Part shown: one piece after another, positions 60,960 to 64,000 of the stretch
Layout of the letters: each line of letters opens with the position of its first letter
Numbering within the stretch: the stretch's first letter is position 1
Assembly (NCBI GenBank): GCA_031411295.1
Contig: JANOAV010000101.1
Location: 1-64,000 of the forward strand
Length of the DNA: 64,000 nucleotides
Direction: 5' to 3'
Source of the DNA: Verrucomicrobiales bacterium
GTDB taxonomy: Bacteria; Verrucomicrobiota; Verrucomicrobiia; Verrucomicrobiales; V1-33
Notes under the pieces: generated by a model
Told to the model about the DNA's origin: nothing
The model's input: only the letters and a program-made list of their open reading frames with translations
The model's database searches: none
Made by a program: the position numbers and the translations under genes

Positions 60960-61025
60960 AGCAGGGAAGTGGTTCTGGGCTGATGTGAGGTGCACCGTCA
61001 TGAGTATCCATTCCACGCCCCCGGC
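60960..61025. repeat. 66-bp direct repeat, right copy
   Basis: Matches 59580-59645. Confidence 0.85.
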
Positions 61026-61159
61026 CCCTTGTAAAGTGAAACCAAGGTGCGGCCTCGGGATGAAGCTCCGGTCTAATCCAAAGCAGGACACACTTCCACC
61101 CACCCGCAGCGTGGCAATGCGGTTCCAACCATCATCGAGGAAACGTTCCTGTCACTCTG

Positions 61160-61897
61160 TTAGTTGCCAGGGTGCCCTACCGCTTGGGCCGATTGCTCAA
61201 GCTGTTCGATTCGATTGCGAACTGGCTCGGGAAGCGCTTCGCGCTCCGCGGGGGTATTGATGGGGCCGTCAAAAATGATTTTCCCTTTGGGGTCTTTAAC
61301 GCAGGCGGTCAAGGATTCGTCCTTCCGGGAAATCTCCACGGATCCCTCATCGTCTGACATTCTCATGCTGGCGGAGTTGGATTTGGTCATGCCTGGTTTT
61401 CCGAGCGATTTACCGAGTTGGTTCATCAACAGCGAGAGCGAGCGGCGGGCCTCCAGAGAATCTGCCAAGACCTCCTTACCATTAGCGGACATGGCGGTGG
61501 GGATCATTTCCTGGGCCGGGGCCTCGCTGAGCGTGGCCTCTAGGGTAAGGGGTTTACCCTGCCGCAGGATGCCCAGGCTGACCGTCTGGCCCACCTTGTT
61601 GGCTTTGATGAGGTTGGTAAATTGTTCGGCCGAGAAGAGCTTCTGATCTACCAAATTGGTTAGAATGTCGTATAATTTGAAACCTGCCTTTTCGGCGGGC
61701 GAACCGGGTTGGATGAAATCAATCATCAGACCGGCATTCTCATCCAAGCTCGTCTGCGCCCGCACTTCTTGGGGGACGCCAACGATGTGCACTCCTAGGA
61801 AGGCTTTCGTGGTCGGGGCGGTGGGATCTGCCGAGGGACCGGCCAGGGCAAGTCCTAGGCAAAGCACTGCCCCGGCTGTAAGTAACAGCGATTTCAT
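61160..61897 (-). CDS. PDZ domain-containing exported protein
   Basis: Signal peptide; FLGV, GSPAEKAG..DIL, ILRQGK. Confidence 0.9.
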   Translation of the reverse strand: MKSLLLTAGAVLCLGLALAGPSADPTAPTTKAFLGVHIVGVPQEVRAQTSLDENAGLMIDFIQPGSPAEKAGFKLYDILTNLVDQKLFSAEQFTNLIKANKVGQTVSLGILRQGKPLTLEATLSEAPAQEMIPTAMSANGKEVLADSLEARRSLSLLMNQLGKSLGKPGMTKSNSASMRMSDDEGSVEISRKDESLTACVKDPKGKIIFDGPINTPAEREALPEPVRNRIEQLEQSAQAVGHPGN

Positions 61898-61927
61898 AAG
61901 AAGGATGGAGGTGGAAGTTGCGGAGCC

Positions 61928-62473
61928 TTATTGGACCGGTTCCAAGACGAAAATTTCTTCTACGCTAGGGTAGCGGATCTCCAATTTAGATCCCGTATCA
62001 GGGTCCACGTATTCCTGATGGTTGTTGAATTCAACCCGCACTTCGCGCATCAGTCCGCGTTGCGGATCAAGTTTTAATCCGCCGGAGGAGACCCCCTGGA
62101 CCTTGCTCTCCATGTTCCTGGGGATGTAGTTGGACTTGGGGCTGCTACTGCCACCAGCGACGAAGCGGGAGTTGGCCTGCAACTCTTTGAGTTGGTTGTG
62201 CTTCCAAGTGACGGCGGTGGTGGCTACGGCAGCGCAAGCGGCCACGGCGGCCCATGGTTTCCAAGCGACTTGATTATGGCCCGGCGCAACGGACGCAGGA
62301 GCGATGGGCTTGTGAAACGGTACGATTTTCTGAGAAGCGGGGGCACGATCCAGGACTGGGTCATGGAGGGTTCGTTCCAAGCGCAGCATCAGGCTGGGGT
62401 CTGGCGGCAAGGGCTGGAGGCTGAACAATTCACGTTCTAGTTGCGCCAGCATTTGGTCTTCGTTTGGATTCAT
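61928..62473 (-). CDS. Putative anti-sigma factor (single TM)
   Basis: LERELFSLQP N-terminus, AAVAACAAV TM segment; directly downstream of the ECF sigma gene. Confidence 0.7.
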   Translation of the reverse strand: MNPNEDQMLAQLERELFSLQPLPPDPSLMLRLERTLHDPVLDRAPASQKIVPFHKPIAPASVAPGHNQVAWKPWAAVAACAAVATTAVTWKHNQLKELQANSRFVAGGSSSPKSNYIPRNMESKVQGVSSGGLKLDPQRGLMREVRVEFNNHQEYVDPDTGSKLEIRYPSVEEIFVLEPVQ

Positions 62474-62482
62474 GGTGCTTGA

Positions 62483-63040
62483 TTAGGAAAGTTTGGCAGG
62501 AGTGAGGGTGCGGCGGAGTTTCTCCAGCGCGTAACGGTAACGGGAAGCGGCGGTGTTCATCGGAATGTCGAGGGTCTCGGCAATTTGTTCGAAGGTCAGA
62601 TCTCCCCAGATTTTTAGAGTAATAACCTCTTGGTAATAGTCGGGCAGGGTCTTTAGCGCGGTCTCAATGGCGGCAGCGCGTTCGTCTTGTTCCAAGGTGC
62701 TGTCGAACCACACGATGTCGGTCATTTCTCCCATCTCCAAAGCGCGGTCTTCGCGATTAGCCCGACGGATGTTCTTGCGGGCTTGGTCAATCGCGGAGCG
62801 GCGGATCTGGGTGAAGGCACCCGGCAGGCTGGGTTGGGCGTTGCCGTCTTCTCCGAGTTCCGTCATCCCGGAACGCCAGAGGCGAAACATGGCGTCCTGT
62901 AAGACGTCTTCGGCATCGGCCTCGGTGCGGGTCTGCTGACGGGCAAACATCAGCAGTCGTGAACCGTGTTGCGCAAACCAAGCTTTCCACGCGGGATCAG
63001 GCTGATTGATGACTGGGGAGGGGTAAGATGATTTTTCCAT
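62483..63040 (-). CDS. ECF sigma-70 factor
   Basis: DAEDVLQD (region 2); LP..QEVITLKIW..LTFEQIAETL..NTAASRYRYAL (region 4). Confidence 0.95.
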   Translation of the reverse strand: MEKSSYPSPVINQPDPAWKAWFAQHGSRLLMFARQQTRTEADAEDVLQDAMFRLWRSGMTELGEDGNAQPSLPGAFTQIRRSAIDQARKNIRRANREDRALEMGEMTDIVWFDSTLEQDERAAAIETALKTLPDYYQEVITLKIWGDLTFEQIAETLDIPMNTAASRYRYALEKLRRTLTPAKLS

Positions 63041-63344
63041 AATGTGGTCAACTGTATGCCTTATTGGCGCTGATGCCGATTACATTTGTTTGATATTTTT
63101 CTGATTTGAAATGATTTGGGTAAAATGGCTGAGCGGAGCCTGCTTGCGCTAGGAGGGATGCGCTCAGAGGCGATGATGCGGATCCGGCAGCGGTTGGGAG
63201 GGTCTTCGCCCGTGTCTAGGTAGAGCAAGGAGTCGAAAAAAATGGACAAGTCGGGCTAGAGCTGATAATCCGGTGGAACGGACAATGACTTGGGTCTCCC
63301 TCCCTACTCCTTAGTTCGTCGTAAAATTCTGCAATTACCCCCTC

Positions 63345-64000
63345 ATGAAAAACCGCCATCCTAGACCGACTTCTGCCCTAGCGTTAATTCTCACGTTCGC
63401 TCCCTTGGTGCTCCATGCGGCAGTGGATACGATTATTGCGTCCGGTGACCCTACGCTGGGTGCCACTGGCTCGACCCCGAATTGGGGCACGGCGGCAAAT
63501 TGGAGTTTGACTGCGCTGCCTGGTGCGAGTGATAACGTTGTCATCAGCTATGGCGGAGCGACTGCGGCAGGAGTTGACATTCGCGGCTCATCGGTGCCTG
63601 GAGGGGCGGCTACGATTCAGGATCTGGCTTTCACCGGTGCTGGGACGGGGACGGTTACCTTGCAAAACAATAGCACTGGCAGCGCGATGACGCTGACGCT
63701 GAACGGCGGTCGGGGGGCTGGGACTCCACTGATTTCGACGGCCGGGTATGGGGTCATCATTCCTCTGAACGGGCCCGGCACCGTGCAGCCCTTGACGCTC
63801 CAGCTTGCGGCCAGTGGCAGCATAGATGTGGGTGCTGGGGGACTGACGATCGGAGCGATTCTTTCTGAAACGGGTGGGGCCCGCGGTCTGAACAAAACCG
63901 GGGCCGGAACCCTGACTCTGAGTGGTGTGAATACGTTCACCGGAGGGCTGACTCACTCTGCGGGCATCCTGCGCGCGACTACGAATGCGGCAGCGTTGGG
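63345..64000 (+). CDS. Secreted protein with autotransporter-associated beta-strand (PATR) repeat; runs off the window end
   Basis: ATG 63345 MKNRHPRPTSALAL.. signal peptide, open to the end; LNKTGAGTLTLSGVNTFTGG..G.L. Confidence 0.88.
   Translation, partial: MKNRHPRPTSALALILTFAPLVLHAAVDTIIASGDPTLGATGSTPNWGTAANWSLTALPGASDNVVISYGGATAAGVDIRGSSVPGGAATIQDLAFTGAGTGTVTLQNNSTGSAMTLTLNGGRGAGTPLISTAGYGVIIPLNGPGTVQPLTLQLAASGSIDVGAGGLTIGAILSETGGARGLNKTGAGTLTLSGVNTFTGGLTHSAGILRATTNAAAL

Noticed and set aside
59580..61025. Integron cassette array
   Set aside because: No convincing attC (RYYYAAC..GTTRRRY) structure and no integrase in the window.

Overview
Bacterial chromosomal segment, most likely Verrucomicrobia (inferred from the DUF1549/DUF1553 plus DUF1501 pairs, PEP-CTERM and PATR proteins, and Amuc_1098-like secretin segments). 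It holds about 40 CDSs. These include housekeeping genes (uvrC, moeB, rpoA-rplQ, uppS, yebC, rho, galM, moaA), PVC-type cytochrome modules, glycosylation genes (one GT2, three GT-C/GT39-like), a frameshifted SAF oxidoreductase paralog, a Ser/Thr kinase, an ECF sigma/anti-sigma/PDZ operon and several secreted proteins. No rRNA, tRNA, CRISPR array or transposase was recognised. Highlights: (1) three different REP/REPIN-like palindromic elements lie in-frame inside a 2552-aa gene, and one of these families also occurs intergenically at 1734 and 17196-17343; (2) the same gene carries a secretin-N/TPR block in apparently permuted order; (3) a 13 x 21-bp palindromic tandem array precedes an uncharacterised FN3-like gene; (4) an AT-rich two-lipoprotein islet is bounded by a 66-bp direct repeat. 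All family assignments are by eye and no searches were run.
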